DNA of 64,000 nt from Macrostomum lignano (GCA_002269645.1 NIVC01000450.1:1-64000), one strand, 5' to 3'; counted from the stretch's first letter, positions 30,801-42,300 are shown. Numbers and translations are program-made. The notes: generated by a model from the letters alone, not told the origin.

Positions 30801-32128
30801 ACGCTCTACTCTGACAGTAACTTCTCCTAAAACACGCACCGGATCTCCTTGGTATGCTGTAAATCGTCGGGCTGTCGGTCTTAAATTGGATTTCAACGGA
30901 AGGCCTTGATACACCTTTAGCGATACAAATGATGAGACGGATCCCGTGTCCATAATCATATGAAGATTGGCCCCATTGACCAGCAGAAGCCTTGTTATCC
31001 TGCGCCTGCTGGGCTCCTCACAGCTGCCATTTACGGAGAAGATGCTGTCCTGTGCTCCTACAGGTCCTGAAGAATCTTTCTGCGGTTCGATCGCTCTCAC
31101 CTTGACAGTCTGTCTTGACCCTTGAGCAGGTCTTGATGGATTAGACTTACACACAGCTTTCAGGTGGCCAGTCTTTCCGCAATTCAGGCAGGTCTTAGAA
31201 CGGTGCTGGCAGACGTCCTTGCGGTGTCCATCCTTGCCACAGCAAAAACATTTTGTTTGGTCGCGATGGCTTTGTTGATTCCACTTGCCGTACCCGGTTG
31301 GCTGCCACGCTTTGCGATCGTTCTGTCGAGTCTCTGGCAAACGCGGTCGATCCGTCCTCTTGACCGATAAGATTTCGCTGCTGCTCATCTGTTTTTCGCC
31401 TCGCGCTACGGCTTCGCATGCGCTTGCCACGGACGTCACCCTCTCCCAGGTGAGGTCTGCGAGTTTTTCAGTTAGCAGTTTCCTCACAATGTCTTTGTTA
31501 GACAGACCAAACACAAACTGGTCGCGCAACCTGTCGTTTAGGTCCGTGAATTCACAGTTGTCCGCGGCTTGTCGAAGTCTCCTAGCATAGGCCGACGTGT
31601 CTTCTCCGCTTTCCTGCTTCATGTGGTGGAAAGCGTATCTATAGGCCAGTCCCGACTTCGATGCTTTCGTTTCGTTTGTTAGTAGCGTCTTCAGCTGATC
31701 GAAGGTCTTTTCCTCTGGCTTTGCTGGCAGTACAGCGTCAGCCAGAAGGTTGAACGCCTTCTTCCCCAGTTGTGCTATAAACGCGTACTTCAGCACGTCG
31801 TCGTTCCACTTGTTAACTTTGGCTATAGCCTCGAATCGCTGTAGCCATCTGCTGACCTCGGCAGGCACGTCTGTCTCCAGGGGTTCGATTGGAATCATCC
31901 CATCCTCGTCACCAGTGTTGATTCTGAAGGCACAGACACTATAACACCAATTTTGATGTAGCCTATAGCTAACTCGGTAATTTCTTAAGTGCTCCAGTTG
32001 AGCAGCTCTCACCATCACTTTTATTTATTGTGGCCTTAGAACGAGGCACCGCTCATTCAAGTTGTACTGTAATGCTAGTGGCGGTCATGCCATAGATAAA
32101 AGTCTATATCAAATTAATACATCTAACA
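27824..32128 (-). mobile_element. Ty3/Gypsy LTR retrotransposon family 2, apparently intact and very recent
   Basis: 213-bp LTRs at 27824-28036 and 31916-32128 (TG...CA, no difference found by eye) and a 5-bp TSD GACTC. PBS TGGTGACGAGGATGGGAT (31914-31897) is complementary to a tRNA-Ser(GCU)-type 3' end. PPT GGGAAGGAG abuts the 3' LTR. Confidence 0.97.
28080..31898 (-). CDS. Gag-Pol polyprotein, 1272 aa from the first in-frame ATG after the LTR
   Basis: Knuckles CFCCGKDGH...C and CLNCGKTGHLKAVC, protease MDTGS, RT YQDD, RNase H TDASPVG...TDHHPL, and integrase HDGH...CVAC, HADYAGP, TDNGPQF, NGLAERF. The track start at 32018 lies inside the LTR and is not credible. Confidence 0.93.
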   Translation of the reverse strand: MIPIEPLETDVPAEVSRWLQRFEAIAKVNKWNDDVLKYAFIAQLGKKAFNLLADAVLPAKPEEKTFDQLKTLLTNETKASKSGLAYRYAFHHMKQESGEDTSAYARRLRQAADNCEFTDLNDRLRDQFVFGLSNKDIVRKLLTEKLADLTWERVTSVASACEAVARGEKQMSSSEILSVKRTDRPRLPETRQNDRKAWQPTGYGKWNQQSHRDQTKCFCCGKDGHRKDVCQHRSKTCLNCGKTGHLKAVCKSNPSRPAQGSRQTVKVRAIEPQKDSSGPVGAQDSIFSVNGSCEEPSRRRITRLLLVNGANLHMIMDTGSVSSFVSLKVYQGLPLKSNLRPTARRFTAYQGDPVRVLGEVTVRVERGGAVANLPLFVVDHRDVEPIYGLDWIAELEPELYVAITQGGNADTTEERQSSRMSPVDTVKVSLSIRPGAKPVFCKPRPIPYGIQEDVKNELRRMESEGQLEKVQSSEWATPIVCVRKQSGSIRICGDYKITLNPVLEDMVSTTPSIDEVMSRLGRARKFSTLDLTNAYLQVSVDAETSQMQTWSTPFGLFRPTALAFGVKQAPAIFQSHMDKLLLNLDGVISYQDDILIWGQGQTDHDKRLNTVMKILENNGLRINADKSVLNKSSIRFLGYEISADGIRPLKEKVEAIAGLKEPSDLKQLQAFLGMVDFYGRCIPNLATLKESLTNLTRSGVRWTWGRQEQKAFNTIKERLLNAGLLKSFDPADNIILTTDASPVGLGAVLEQSSGPVLFISKTLTQAERNYAQIEREALAIVWAVKRLHKYLLGRKFVLRTDHHPLKFLFNPGKALSTVAAARLQRWAITLMEYDYVIECKRSEEIPVADSLSRLNNSAAESEKFDVNSIQDSLLDIPVDKQRLRRTSMLDQEMRRLFALVKHGWTAQGIKELPTYARTRDELVIENGLLYRGIRLLIPQEERQRVLQLLHDGHIGADKMKSIARQCVWWPGIDADVTRHTKQCVACQTNKDHGASIQWASWPEESEKWCRVHADYAGPFKGNKYLLVIVDAYSKWAEVHVTQSTTSAETIRRFRRTFSQEGVPATLVTDNGPQFTSVEMEGWLKGNGCRHVLTPPYHPRSNGLAERFVRDLKNHVAASGGEDDLQTSVDRFLLQYMNSHHSTTGRAPAELMRGHLLRTATLTLAKEPVWVKTYRNETEKWKPGEIVAREGKKIVGVQLEDGKHSRYHLEQTKPRIPVETSEPQERSQQGVADQNTSNPTEEPGQPERGHRCQRTRKAPDRLNYSTLGSPDCA

Positions 32129-32899
32129 GACTCCAATCTAGAGGGTGTCAGATGAGGCTCCAATCTAGAGGGTGTCAGATGGGACTCCAATCTAGAGGGT
32201 GTCAGATGAGGCGCCAATCTAGAGGGTGTCAGATGGGACTCCAATCTAGAGGGTGTCAGATGGGACTGCAATCTAGAGGGTGTCAGAAGGGACTGCAATC
32301 TAGAGGGTGTCAGATGGGACTGCAATCTAGAGGGTGTCAGATGGAGCGCAAATCTAGCTAGAGGGCGTCAGATCGAGCGCCAATCTAGAGGGTGTCAGAT
32401 GGGACTCCAATCTAGAGGGTGTCAGATGGGACTGCAATCTAGAGGGTGTCAGATGGGACTCCAATCTAGAGGGTGTCAGATGGAGCGCAAATCTAGCTAG
32501 AGGGCGTCAGATCGAGCGCCAATCTAGAGGGTGTCAGATGGGACTCCAATCTAGAGGGTGTCAGATGGGACTGCAATCTAGAGGGTGTCAGAAGGGACTG
32601 CAATCTAGAGGGTGTCAGATGGGACTGCAATCTAGAGGGTGTCAGATGGGACTCCAATCTAGAGGGTGTCAGATGAGGCTCCAATCTAGAGGGTGTCAGA
32701 TGGGGCTCCAATCTAGAGGGTGTCAGATGAGGCGCCAATCTAGAGGGTGTCAGATGAGGCGCCAATCAGTTGTTTACTATTGCATATTAAAGTGCAGCCG
32801 AGCTCTGGCAGCCCATCTCTATTCATCCAGCTCTCGGCCGAAGCAGTTCACTGTATTTTGCATTCCGTCTAACAATGGTTATTTTATGACATAAAAACG

Positions 32900-34614
32900 C
32901 ATCGCTCACTGAAGTGAGCCCGGGCCCCATGGACTGCGACCGCTGTGCTCGCGCCACCGAGAGTGGCTCCACTTTCTTCTCCTGCCCGTCCGGCCCGTGC
33001 CCCAACCCACTCCGGTGTAACGCCGCCAGCTGTAGCGCCTCCTGCCATCGCCTTCACCAAATGGAGCTGCACACCGCGATCCAAAGGCAGTGCATGCGCC
33101 TGAATCGCGGCCTGCCAAGCTGATGGGGTGAGCACGGACCGCCCGACGACTGCCAACAGGGACAGCCGCAGCGGGTGCAAAGAACTTTCCGGGGCAAACC
33201 GAATTCCTATCACCTGTAGCCGCTGCACGGCGATGTTCCACAAAAGCTGCTCCGGGCTCTCACAAACCGCGGCAGACCTGCCCGCAGTGCACTCTCACCA
33301 TATCGGCTTTGAGCACCACAACGGTGACTCAACTCACTCAACAATGGCTGTTTCCGTACCACTCACTACCCGTCAGGAGCCGCTGCGGATTCTCCAGTGG
33401 AACGCGGACGGCATCTCCAGCCGGATTATTGAGCTGGCGGACTGTGCCACCAAACCCAAGACCAATGGGATCTTGAATCCAAACTTCGCACGAACGCCGC
33501 CATCATGTTCATTCCCGGTTTCGCCACTGTACGCGTGGACCGCAAGCAACCTGGTGGCGGGGGTGGTCCGCTGAGATTTATCCGAGACCACCTGGCCTAC
33601 AAGCGCATCCCAGTTGACACAGCAGAGCCGATTGAGATCTGTCGCGTGCGTGTCTTTCTGGGCACCAAGAAGTCCCTGGTCGTTGACAACATCTACGCAA
33701 CGATCGATCGAGGCACATCCGCCGCGACCCACGCCCGCACCGCTGCTGTCTACCGCGCTTTGAACCGGGAAGAGCTGCCAGATCCGCCAGGACGCAGTGC
33801 TCTTGGCGAGGTGCTCTTGGCGAGGTGCTCCTGGCGAGTTGCTCCTGGCGAGGTGTTCTTGGCGAGGTGCTCCTGGCGAGGTGCTCTTGGCGAGGTGCTC
33901 CTGGCGAGATGCTCTTGGCGAAGTGCTCTTGGCGAGGTGCTCTTGGCGAGGTGCTCCTGGCGAGGTGCTCCTGGCGAGGTGCTCCTGGCGAGATGCTCTT
34001 GGCGAGGTGCTCTTGGCGAGGTGCTCCTGGCGAGGTGCTCCTGGCGAGTTGGTCCTGGCGAGGTGCTCTTGGCGAGGTGCTCCTGGCGAGGTGCTCTTGG
34101 CGAGGTGCTCCTGGCGAGGTGCTCTTGGTGAGGTGCTCTTGGCGAGGTGCTCCTGGCGAGGTGCTCTTGGCGAGGTGCTCTTGGCGAGGTGCTCCTGGCG
34201 AGGTGCTCTTGGCGAGGTGCTACTGGCGAGGTGCTCTTGGCGAGGTGCTCCTGGCGAGGTGCTCTTGGCGAGGTGCTCCTGGCGAGATGCTCTTGGCGAG
34301 GTGCTCCTGGCGAGGTGCTCTTGGCGAGGTGCTCCTGGCGAGGTGCTCTTGGCGAGGTGCTCCTGGCGAGGTGCTCCTCTTTCTGGAAACTTCTGGCCTT
34401 CTCCGCGCCTACAGCACCATCGCTAACCCAGCCGCTGACCCCACCTGTCACCGCTGTATGGAGGGCCCTGAAGACCTCAAAAAACACTGGCTGGGTTGCC
34501 TCGCCCTCCCGGCACCTGAGGCTGAAAATCTTCGATGAGGACACCCTGGACTCGAGGTTCTGACCGCCGCCCCTGCGACGAGGTCGGTGGCGCTCTCTGA
34601 TTGCACTTGATGCT
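32900..34614 (+). mobile_element. Degenerate, internally deleted LINE, copy B (longer 5' part)
   Basis: Cys/His-rich PHD-like peptides (ITCSRCTAMFHKSCSGL), APE motifs LRILQWNADGI and IPGFATVRVDR...GGG, then the same deletion junction, 14-bp array and CCHC end as copy A. Confidence 0.72.
33801..34380 (+). repeat. 14-bp minisatellite, copy B, about 41 units
   Basis: Paralogue of 8147-8698. Confidence 0.95.
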
Positions 34615-37600
34615 TGTGGTGCTCGTAGTCCGCTTGGCGGGTAAGAATCTTGGCCTCTAAGAGCCGTATATTTGCGATATATATTCACGCAGCTGCCGAC
34701 GTGCAGCTATGAGTTACGCAATACATTGGGGTACTGAGCACGTTGGCTAGAGAGCAAGAGAAAGGGCATTGTACACGCATAGGCTGCGCACCACATCTCT
34801 CCCCCAAAGCAAAAGAAAAGTCCAATACGAGAGGGTTTAAAATTTCATTGCGAAAATTGGTCAAGAAACGACGTGAAGGATTAAAAAAAATTAATTAGTA
34901 AAACAGTCTCAAATTTTTTTGATTTCGAACGATTAAATACTTAAACAATTAAAGCATGCCGATCTTTGACAGCGTTCCGGCTCAGTTCGAATCAAGTCAC
35001 TGCTTGTAGCAGACGGGCTGCTTTGCTGTCCTGGGATGAGGCCTCTGCGCAATCGGACCGTCGTTGGCCGAATTTGCCTCTGTCACAGGCGCCCCCGGCC
35101 GCTGATCGCCGTCCATCTCGTCAAGGTCCCAGGGGCACTCACGAAGCGGCTTCGTCTCGGTCACATGCCGCCGAATGACTGCCGTGCCGCGTTGCAGAGT
35201 CAGGGCGCCGCCGCTGACTGCCTTGACAAGCCAAGGCCGCGGGTCGAACGGACAGCGCAGCTTGGCCTTGCCGCGGTTTCTGAGCAGCACGCGGGCGCCT
35301 GCCAGGATGCCGTGTGGCGCAGCCGAACGCCGCGTGTCGGCCGCCTTGCGCATCGCCTGCTTGTAGCCGCGGTCGTGGAGCTGCAGCTGCCGTCCGGAGC
35401 TGCCGGTTTGCTTTGTCAGGCCAGATGGCAGGATGTCGCCGGTCTCTCGGTTGAACATGAGGTCGTTGGGCGTGCGGTCGGTGCCTTGGTGCACAGAGTT
35501 GCGGTATCCGAGCAGCCACTCGTGGATCGCCCGCCGCCAGTCGTTGCCTTCGGCCGTGGCGGCGTTGATGGCCTTGTTGAGGCTGCGGTTGAAGCGCTCC
35601 ACCTCGCCGTTCGCCGCCGGGTAGAGTGGGGTGACCCTGCGCTGTCGAACCCCGAGGCCGTCCAGAAACACGTTGAATTCTTCGCTCGTGAAGTAGGTGG
35701 CGTTGTCCGTAGTGATCTGCTGCGGCACACCGAAGCGGCTGAATGAGGCAATGACGCAGTTGATGACGCTGGCGCTGGTGAGGCTGCGCACCACGTAGAG
35801 GTTCGGGTAGTAGCTGAAGTAGTCCACCAAGACAACTACGTTCTCGCCCGTTGGGAATGGTCCGCACACGTCGACGCTGAGCGATTGCCAGGCCCCCGAC
35901 GGAAGCGGCGTCGGCTGCATCGGCGGGTGTTTCACGGCGCCGTCGGTCCGGGCCGCTTGACACGGGAGGCAATTAGTGACGACCGCCTCGACCTGCTTGG
36001 ACATGCCGGGCCACCAGACCTTACGCTGCAGTCGGTCGCACGTCTTCTTCTGTCCGAGGTGGCCCTGGTGCGCTAAACTGATCGTAAGCTGCTGAAGCTC
36101 CGCCGGGATCACGATTCTGTTTCCCCGGAGCAGAAGGCCTGCGTGAACGCTCAGTTCGTCTTTGAGGGACCGAAAACTGTGCGCCGGGCTCGCCGCGCCG
36201 CAGCTCCAGTTTCCTGTTTCCAAGGCGCGCATGACGACCACCAGAGCTGGGTCTCTCTCGGTCGCAGCCTGGATCCTGTCGACGGTCAGGCCCTTTGGGG
36301 TGGCCGCTTGGACAACGGCGTTGCACAGTCTGGTGTCCTCAGCCTCGTCTTTGTGTGACGATGCGCTTGTCAGCGGATTGCGGCTCAGTGGGTCTGCCGG
36401 GTTGTCCTCGCCTTTGCGGTAGTGCAGTGTGAACGTGAAGTGCTGGGTCTGCAGCATGATACGCTCGAGCCGGGGCGGCGGCCTTGAGTCTGCTCTGTAG
36501 ATCCCGAGCAGCGGCTTGTGGTCGGTGTAGATATCAAAGTGCGGGCAGCCCTCCAGGTAAAACGCGAACTTCAAGCAGCCGAACTTGACGCCCAGGGCCT
36601 CGCGCTCGATCTGGCTGTAGCGCCGTTCGACGTCACTGAGCGTGCGGCTCGCGTAGGCCACCGGCCGCGTCTGCCCGCTTGGGTGCCGCTGCTGCAGAAT
36701 GGCACCAACGCCGACGGGTGACGCAGCGACCACCAGCTCGGTCGGCAGCCGCTTGTCGAAGAAGGCCAGCGTGCAGCCCTCGGAGATGCAGTCCTTGACG
36801 GCCTGGAAGGACTGCTGCTGCTCGCGGTCCCAGACGAATTCCTGGCCTTTCCGTGTTAGTCGCCTCAGCGGCTCCGCTTTGTTGGAAAGGTGCGGCATGA
36901 ACTTCTCGAGGTGATTGGCCAGGCCGAGAAACGACCGGACTTCCTTGGCAGACTGTGGATCCTTGAATGCTTGCAGCTCTGCGATTTTCTCTTCTGATGG
37001 CTGAATGCCGAACTTGGAGAGCGTCATGGCCATGAACTTGGCCTTGCCGATGCCCCAGCGGCACTTGCTGGCATTCAGGGTGATGCCATTGTCACGCAGT
37101 CTGGTCAGGCAGGCTGCCACGTGTTCCTGGTGAACTTCAGGGCCCTGACTGTGGATGATGATGTCGTCGTGGATCCACTTGACACCAGTGAGGCCTTCCA
37201 GCACTTGCTGCATGACGCGCTGCAGGATCTCCGAGGCGGAGGCGAATCCCATGCTCAGGCGTGTCAGCTGACGCATCCCTCGGGGCGTTGAGAAGACGAA
37301 GTACTTGCGGCTGTCCTCACTGATCTCAATTTTATGAAACGCCTTGAAGATGTCGAGCTTGGTGAAGATTGTCGACCCCGTCATGTCGCTGGTAGCTTCT
37401 TCAAAAGTCGGGATTTGGTGTCGTTGCCTCAGGGCCGCCTTGTTAACGTCTCGCAAATCCTGGGTGATCCTCACGGTCTTCCCGTCTTCTTTCGGTACCA
37501 CGACGATGCGACTGACCCATGGCGTGGGGCCTTCTACTGGCTGGATGATCTGCAGGCGCTCTTGCTCGTCCAGCTCGCGGTCCAGCGCCTCTCTGAGATG

Positions 37601-39131
37601 CACTGGTACCCGAGAGGGCGGATGGCAGACGGGCCTGGCGTCAGGCTTGATACCAATCTGAACCGAAACACCCTTGACCTTTCCGAGGCCTTTGAAGAGC
37701 TCCGGAAATCGCTTGGCCAGCGCCAGGGTCTCTGCGTTCTTCGTCTCGGCTGCTGCGATCGCGCGAACCTGAGGCCCCAAGCTCAGAAGGCGGAGTGAGG
37801 TTGATGCCTCCCGTCCCAGGATGTTGACGCCGTCGCCGGGGACGACGATGAAGCGAACCTCCTGGCTATCTTGGCCGGTTGTCACCTGCAGGCTGCAGGC
37901 TCCCAGGATGCTGAGCGGTTCTGAAGAGCGGAAGGCGAATACCTTTGTGCGAGTTGTCTGCAGCGGCGGGGGTCGCGGCAGTTTCCGCCAGGCTTTCTCT
38001 GTCAAGATATTGCAGTCGGCCCCGCTGTCGACCAGGACTTCCAGCTGCGTTGAGTCGACGAGCACTGTTGTGCGGGCGCCCGCTGTAGCCGTCCCGGTGG
38101 CCGCCACGGTCAGACAGAAGATGCTGTCCTCAGGCTCTGAGCTGTCGCTGTCGGCCTGCAGGGCGCGGACGGCTTCCAACGGCCGGGAGAGGCAGGCCCT
38201 CGCCAAGTGATTTCGCCTTCCGCAGCGCTCGCACGTCTTGCCTCTGGCTGCGTTGCATGTGCGGTGGCCCGGGACTCCGCATCTGATGCACGTGGTCTGC
38301 TTGCCTGGCTGCTGCTTGGCTGGTCCCTTGACTGGGCGCTCTGCTGATGAGGCCGCTGCACCAGTGTCTCGAAGCCGAAGTCGCTGTACCGCCGCCTCGT
38401 TAGATTCCATGAGGCTTGCCTGAGTCTCTGCTGTCTCCATGGCTCTGGCCACCCGAAGCGCCTGCTCCAGGTCGACATTGTCGATCGCTAGCAGCTTGCG
38501 GCGAAGCTGCTCTGAACTGCAGCCGGCGATCACCTGGTCACGGATCAGGGAGTCTCTGAGGCCCTCGAAGCCGCAGCAGTCGGCAGCATCTTTGAGGCAC
38601 TGGAGCCATTCGTCGATGGGCTCGCCGGACCGCTGCGTGCACAACCTGAACTGATAGCGGGTGAACGGGAGATTCCGCTTGCTGTCGAAGTGGTCGTTAA
38701 GCGCGGCTACAAGTGTTTCGACGTCTTTGCCTGCTGCCTCTTTGTCGCCGAGACCGGCCGCAATCGACTGCAAGTCCTCTCCGGCTGTATACAGCAGAAG
38801 CTGGCGAAGCCGCTTTTTGTCTTCGATGTTTGCAGCCACAGCGAAAAGTTCAAATTGTGCGTACCACTTTTTCCATTTAGTCTGGGCCGTGTTGGGGTCT
38901 GTTCGCAGGTCCAAGCGCGCTGGGCTTGGTAAGTTTAGCTGCGACGCCATTGTAGTGCTCGTAGTCCGCTTGGCGGGTAAGAATCTTGGCCTCTAAGAGC
39001 CGTATATTTGCGATATATATTCACGCAGCTGCCGACGTGCAGCTATGAGTTACGCAATACATTGGGGTACTGAGCACGTTGGCTAGAGAGCAAGAGAAAG
39101 GGCATTGTACACGCATAGGCTGCGCACAACA
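34615..39131 (-). mobile_element. Ty3/Gypsy LTR retrotransposon family 1, copy B
   Basis: LTRs at 34615-34795 and 38951-39131, with the same ATGCT TSD and the same flanks as copy A. It is a product of the duplication, not an independent insertion. Confidence 0.97.
34997..38950 (-). CDS. Gag-Pol polyprotein, 1317 aa, same translation as 9315-13268
   Basis: The track translations match, including the RNase H D-to-A change. Confidence 0.95.
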   Translation of the reverse strand: MASQLNLPSPARLDLRTDPNTAQTKWKKWYAQFELFAVAANIEDKKRLRQLLLYTAGEDLQSIAAGLGDKEAAGKDVETLVAALNDHFDSKRNLPFTRYQFRLCTQRSGEPIDEWLQCLKDAADCCGFEGLRDSLIRDQVIAGCSSEQLRRKLLAIDNVDLEQALRVARAMETAETQASLMESNEAAVQRLRLRDTGAAASSAERPVKGPAKQQPGKQTTCIRCGVPGHRTCNAARGKTCERCGRRNHLARACLSRPLEAVRALQADSDSSEPEDSIFCLTVAATGTATAGARTTVLVDSTQLEVLVDSGADCNILTEKAWRKLPRPPPLQTTRTKVFAFRSSEPLSILGACSLQVTTGQDSQEVRFIVVPGDGVNILGREASTSLRLLSLGPQVRAIAAAETKNAETLALAKRFPELFKGLGKVKGVSVQIGIKPDARPVCHPPSRVPVHLREALDRELDEQERLQIIQPVEGPTPWVSRIVVVPKEDGKTVRITQDLRDVNKAALRQRHQIPTFEEATSDMTGSTIFTKLDIFKAFHKIEISEDSRKYFVFSTPRGMRQLTRLSMGFASASEILQRVMQQVLEGLTGVKWIHDDIIIHSQGPEVHQEHVAACLTRLRDNGITLNASKCRWGIGKAKFMAMTLSKFGIQPSEEKIAELQAFKDPQSAKEVRSFLGLANHLEKFMPHLSNKAEPLRRLTRKGQEFVWDREQQQSFQAVKDCISEGCTLAFFDKRLPTELVVAASPVGVGAILQQRHPSGQTRPVAYASRTLSDVERRYSQIEREALGVKFGCLKFAFYLEGCPHFDIYTDHKPLLGIYRADSRPPPRLERIMLQTQHFTFTLHYRKGEDNPADPLSRNPLTSASSHKDEAEDTRLCNAVVQAATPKGLTVDRIQAATERDPALVVVMRALETGNWSCGAASPAHSFRSLKDELSVHAGLLLRGNRIVIPAELQQLTISLAHQGHLGQKKTCDRLQRKVWWPGMSKQVEAVVTNCLPCQAARTDGAVKHPPMQPTPLPSGAWQSLSVDVCGPFPTGENVVVLVDYFSYYPNLYVVRSLTSASVINCVIASFSRFGVPQQITTDNATYFTSEEFNVFLDGLGVRQRRVTPLYPAANGEVERFNRSLNKAINAATAEGNDWRRAIHEWLLGYRNSVHQGTDRTPNDLMFNRETGDILPSGLTKQTGSSGRQLQLHDRGYKQAMRKAADTRRSAAPHGILAGARVLLRNRGKAKLRCPFDPRPWLVKAVSGGALTLQRGTAVIRRHVTETKPLRECPWDLDEMDGDQRPGAPVTEANSANDGPIAQRPHPRTAKQPVCYKQ

Positions 39132-39144
39132 ATGCTCTTGCCCC

Positions 39145-39225
<81 letters not shown>
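39145..39225 (+). repeat. (AAC)27 microsatellite, probable LINE 3' tail, copy B
   Basis: 81 nt of AAC units. Confidence 0.85.
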
Positions 39226-39226
<1 letters not shown>

Positions 39227-39359
39227 GAAACGGAAGACGCAACACGAAGCTGAGACTGTGTTTTAGCAATGCTATATTTAGTGAAGTCTCAGAATTTCTC
39301 ACAGAAATGCGATAGAAATAGGCGCTTTAAAAATTCTCGAAAATTTTATTAAATGAATT

Positions 39360-42300
39360 TCTCAGCATCTGTCTTGGTGTCCGTTTTAGTGTCTGTCTCA
39401 GTGTCTGTCTCATTGTCTGTCTGAGTGTCTGTCTCAGTGTCTGTCTCAGTGTCTGTCTGAGTGTCTGTCTCAGTGTCTGTCTCATTGTCTGTCTCATTGT
39501 CTGTCTCATTGTCTGTCTGAGTGTCTGTCTCATTGTCTGTTTTAGTATTTGTCTTAGTGTCTGTCTTGGTGTCCATTTTAGTGTCTGTCTCATTGTCTGT
39601 CTCAGTGTCTGTCTCAGTGTCTGTCTCAGTGTCTGTCTCATTGTCTGTCTCATTGTCTGTCTCAGTGTCTGTCTCATTGTCTGTCTCATTGTCTGTCTCA
39701 TTGTCTGTCTCATTGTCTGTCTGAGTGTCTGTCTCATTGTCTGTCTGAGTGTCTGTCTCAGTGTCTGTCTGAGTGTCTGTCTCAGTGTCTGTCTCAGTGT
39801 CTGTCTCAGTGTCTGTCTCAGTGTCTGTCTGAGTGTCTGTCTCAGTGTCTGTCTCAGTGTCTGTCTCAGTGTCTGTCTCAATGTCTGTCTCATTGTTTGT
39901 CTCATTGTCTGTCTCAGTGTCTGTCTCATTGTCTGTCTCAGTGTCTGTCTGAGTGTCTGTCTCAGTGTCTGTCTGAGTGTCTGTCTCATTGTCTGTCTCA
40001 GTGTCTGTCTCATTGTCTGTCTCAGTGTCTGTCTCATTGTCTGTCTCAGTGTCTGTCTGAGTGTCTGTCTCAGTGTCTGTCTCAGTGTCTGTCTGAGTGT
40101 CTGTCTCATTGTCTGTCTCATTGTCTGTCTCATTGTCTGTCTGAGTGTCTGTCTCATTGTCTGTCTGAGTGTCTGTCTCATTGTCTGTCTCATTGTCTGT
40201 CTTAGTATTTGTCTTAGTGTCTGTCTTGGTGTCCATTTTAGTGTCTGTCTCATTGTCTGTCTCAGTGTCTGTCTCAGTGTCTGTCTCAGTGTCTGTCTCA
40301 TTGTCTGTCTCATTGTCTGTCTCAGTGTCTGTCTCATTGTCTGTCTCATTGTCTGTCTCATTGTCTGTCTCATTGTCTGTCTGAGTGTCTGTCTCATTGT
40401 CTGTCTGAGTGTCTGTCTCAGTGTCTGTCTGAGTGTCTGTCTCAGTGTCTGTCTCAGTGTCTGTCTCAGTGTCTGTCTCAGTGTCTGTCTCAGTGTCTGT
40501 CTCAGTGTCTGTCTCATTGTCTGTCTCAGTGTCTGTCTCATTGTCTGTCTCAGTGTCTGTCTCATTGTCTGTCTCAGTGTCTGTCTCAGTGTCTGTCTCA
40601 GTGTCTGTCTCATTGTCTGTCTCAGTTTCTGTCTCATTGTCTGTCTCAGTGTCTGTCTGAGTGTCTGTCTCAGTGTCTGTCTGAGTGTCTGTCTCAGTGT
40701 CTGTCTCAGTGTCTGTCTCAGTGTCTGTCTCATTGTCTGTCTCAGTGTCTGTCTCAGTGTCTGTCTCAGTGTCTGTCTCAGTGTCTGTCTCAGTGTCTGT
40801 CTCAGTGTCTGTCTCAGTGTCTGTCTCAGTGTCTGTCTCAGTGTCTGTCTCAGTGTCTGTCTCAGTGTCTGTCTCAGTGTCTGTCTCAGTGTCTGTCTCA
40901 GTGTCTGTCTCATTGTCTATCTTAGCGTCTGTCTTAGTATTTGTCTTAGTGTCTGTATTGGTGTCCATTTTAGTGTCTGTCTCATTGTTAGTCTGAGTGT
41001 CTGTCTAATTCTCTGTCTGAGTGTCTGTCTCATTGTCTGTCTTAGTATTTGTCTTAGTGTCTGTCTTGGTGTCCATTTTAGTGTCTGTCTCATTGTCTGT
41101 CTGAGTGTCTGTCTCATTGTCTGTCTGAGTGTCTGTCTCATTGTCTGTCTGAGTGTCTGTCTCATTGTCTGTCTGAGTGTCTGTCTCATTGTCTGTCTGA
41201 GTGTCTGTCTCATTGTCTGTCTGAGTGTCTGTCTCATTGTCTGTCTCAGTGTCTGTCTCATTGTCTGTCTGAGTGTCTGTCTCATTGTCTGTCTCATTGT
41301 CTGTCTCATTGTCTGTCTCAGTGTCTGTCTCATTGTCTGTCTCAGTTTCTGTCTGAGTGTCTGTCTCAGTGTCTGTCTGAGTGTCTGTCTCAGTGTCTGT
41401 CTCAGTGTCTGTCTCAGTGTCTGTCTCAGTCTGTCTCAGTGTCTGTCTCATTGTCTGTCTCAGTGTCTGTCTCATTGTCTGTCTCAGTGTCTGTCTCATT
41501 GTCTGTCTCAGTGTCTGTCTCAGTGTCTGTCTCAGTGTCTGTCTCATTGTCTGTCTCAGTGTCTGTCTCATTGTCTGTCTCAGTGTCTGTCTCATTGTCT
41601 GTCTGAGTGTCTGTCTCATTGTCTGTCTGAGTGTCTGTCTCATTGTCTGTCTCAGTGTCTGTCTCATTGTCTGTCTGAGTGTCTGTCTCAGTGTCTGTCT
41701 CAGTGTCTGTCTCATTGTCTGTCTGAGTGTCTGTCTCAGTGTCTGTCTCAGTGTCTGTCTGAGTGTCTGTCTCAGTGTCTGTCTCAGTGTCTGTCTCAGT
41801 GTCTGTCTCAGTGTCTGTCTCATTGTCTGTCTCATTGTCTGTCTCAGTGTCTGTCTCATTGTCTGTCTCAGTGTCTGTCTGAGTGTCTGTCTCAGTGTCT
41901 GTCTCAGTGTCTGTCTCAGTATCTGTCTCAGTGTCTGTCTCATTGTCTGTCTCATTGTCTGTCTCATTGTCTGTCTGAGTGTCTGTCTCATTGTCTGTCT
42001 GTGTGTCTGTCTCATTGTCTGTCTTAGCGTCTGTCTTAGTATTTGTCTTAGTGTCTGTCTTGGTGTCCATTTCAGTGTCTGTCTCATTGTCTGTCTGTCT
42101 GTCTCATTGTCTGTCTGAGTGTCTGTCTCATTGTCTGTCTTAGTATTTGTCTTAGTGTCTGTCTTGGTGTCCATTTTAGTGTCTGTCTCATTGTCTGTCT
42201 GAGTGTCTGTCTCATTGTCTGTCTGAGTGTCTGTCTCATTGTCTGTCTGAGTGTCCGTCTCATTGTCTGTCTGAGTGTCTGTCTCATTGTCTGTCTCAGT

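Larger units (their letters stand above)
27005..32770 (+). repeat. 27-bp minisatellite (gggactccaatctagagggtgtcagat), split by an LTR insertion into ~27005-27823 and 32129-32770
   Basis: The same unit occurs on both sides of the element, and the register resumes across the GACTC duplication. Confidence 0.95.

Noticed and set aside
31899-32018. N-terminal extension of the family-2 Gag-Pol in the ORF track
   Set aside because: It starts at a non-ATG codon inside the LTR, upstream of the PBS.
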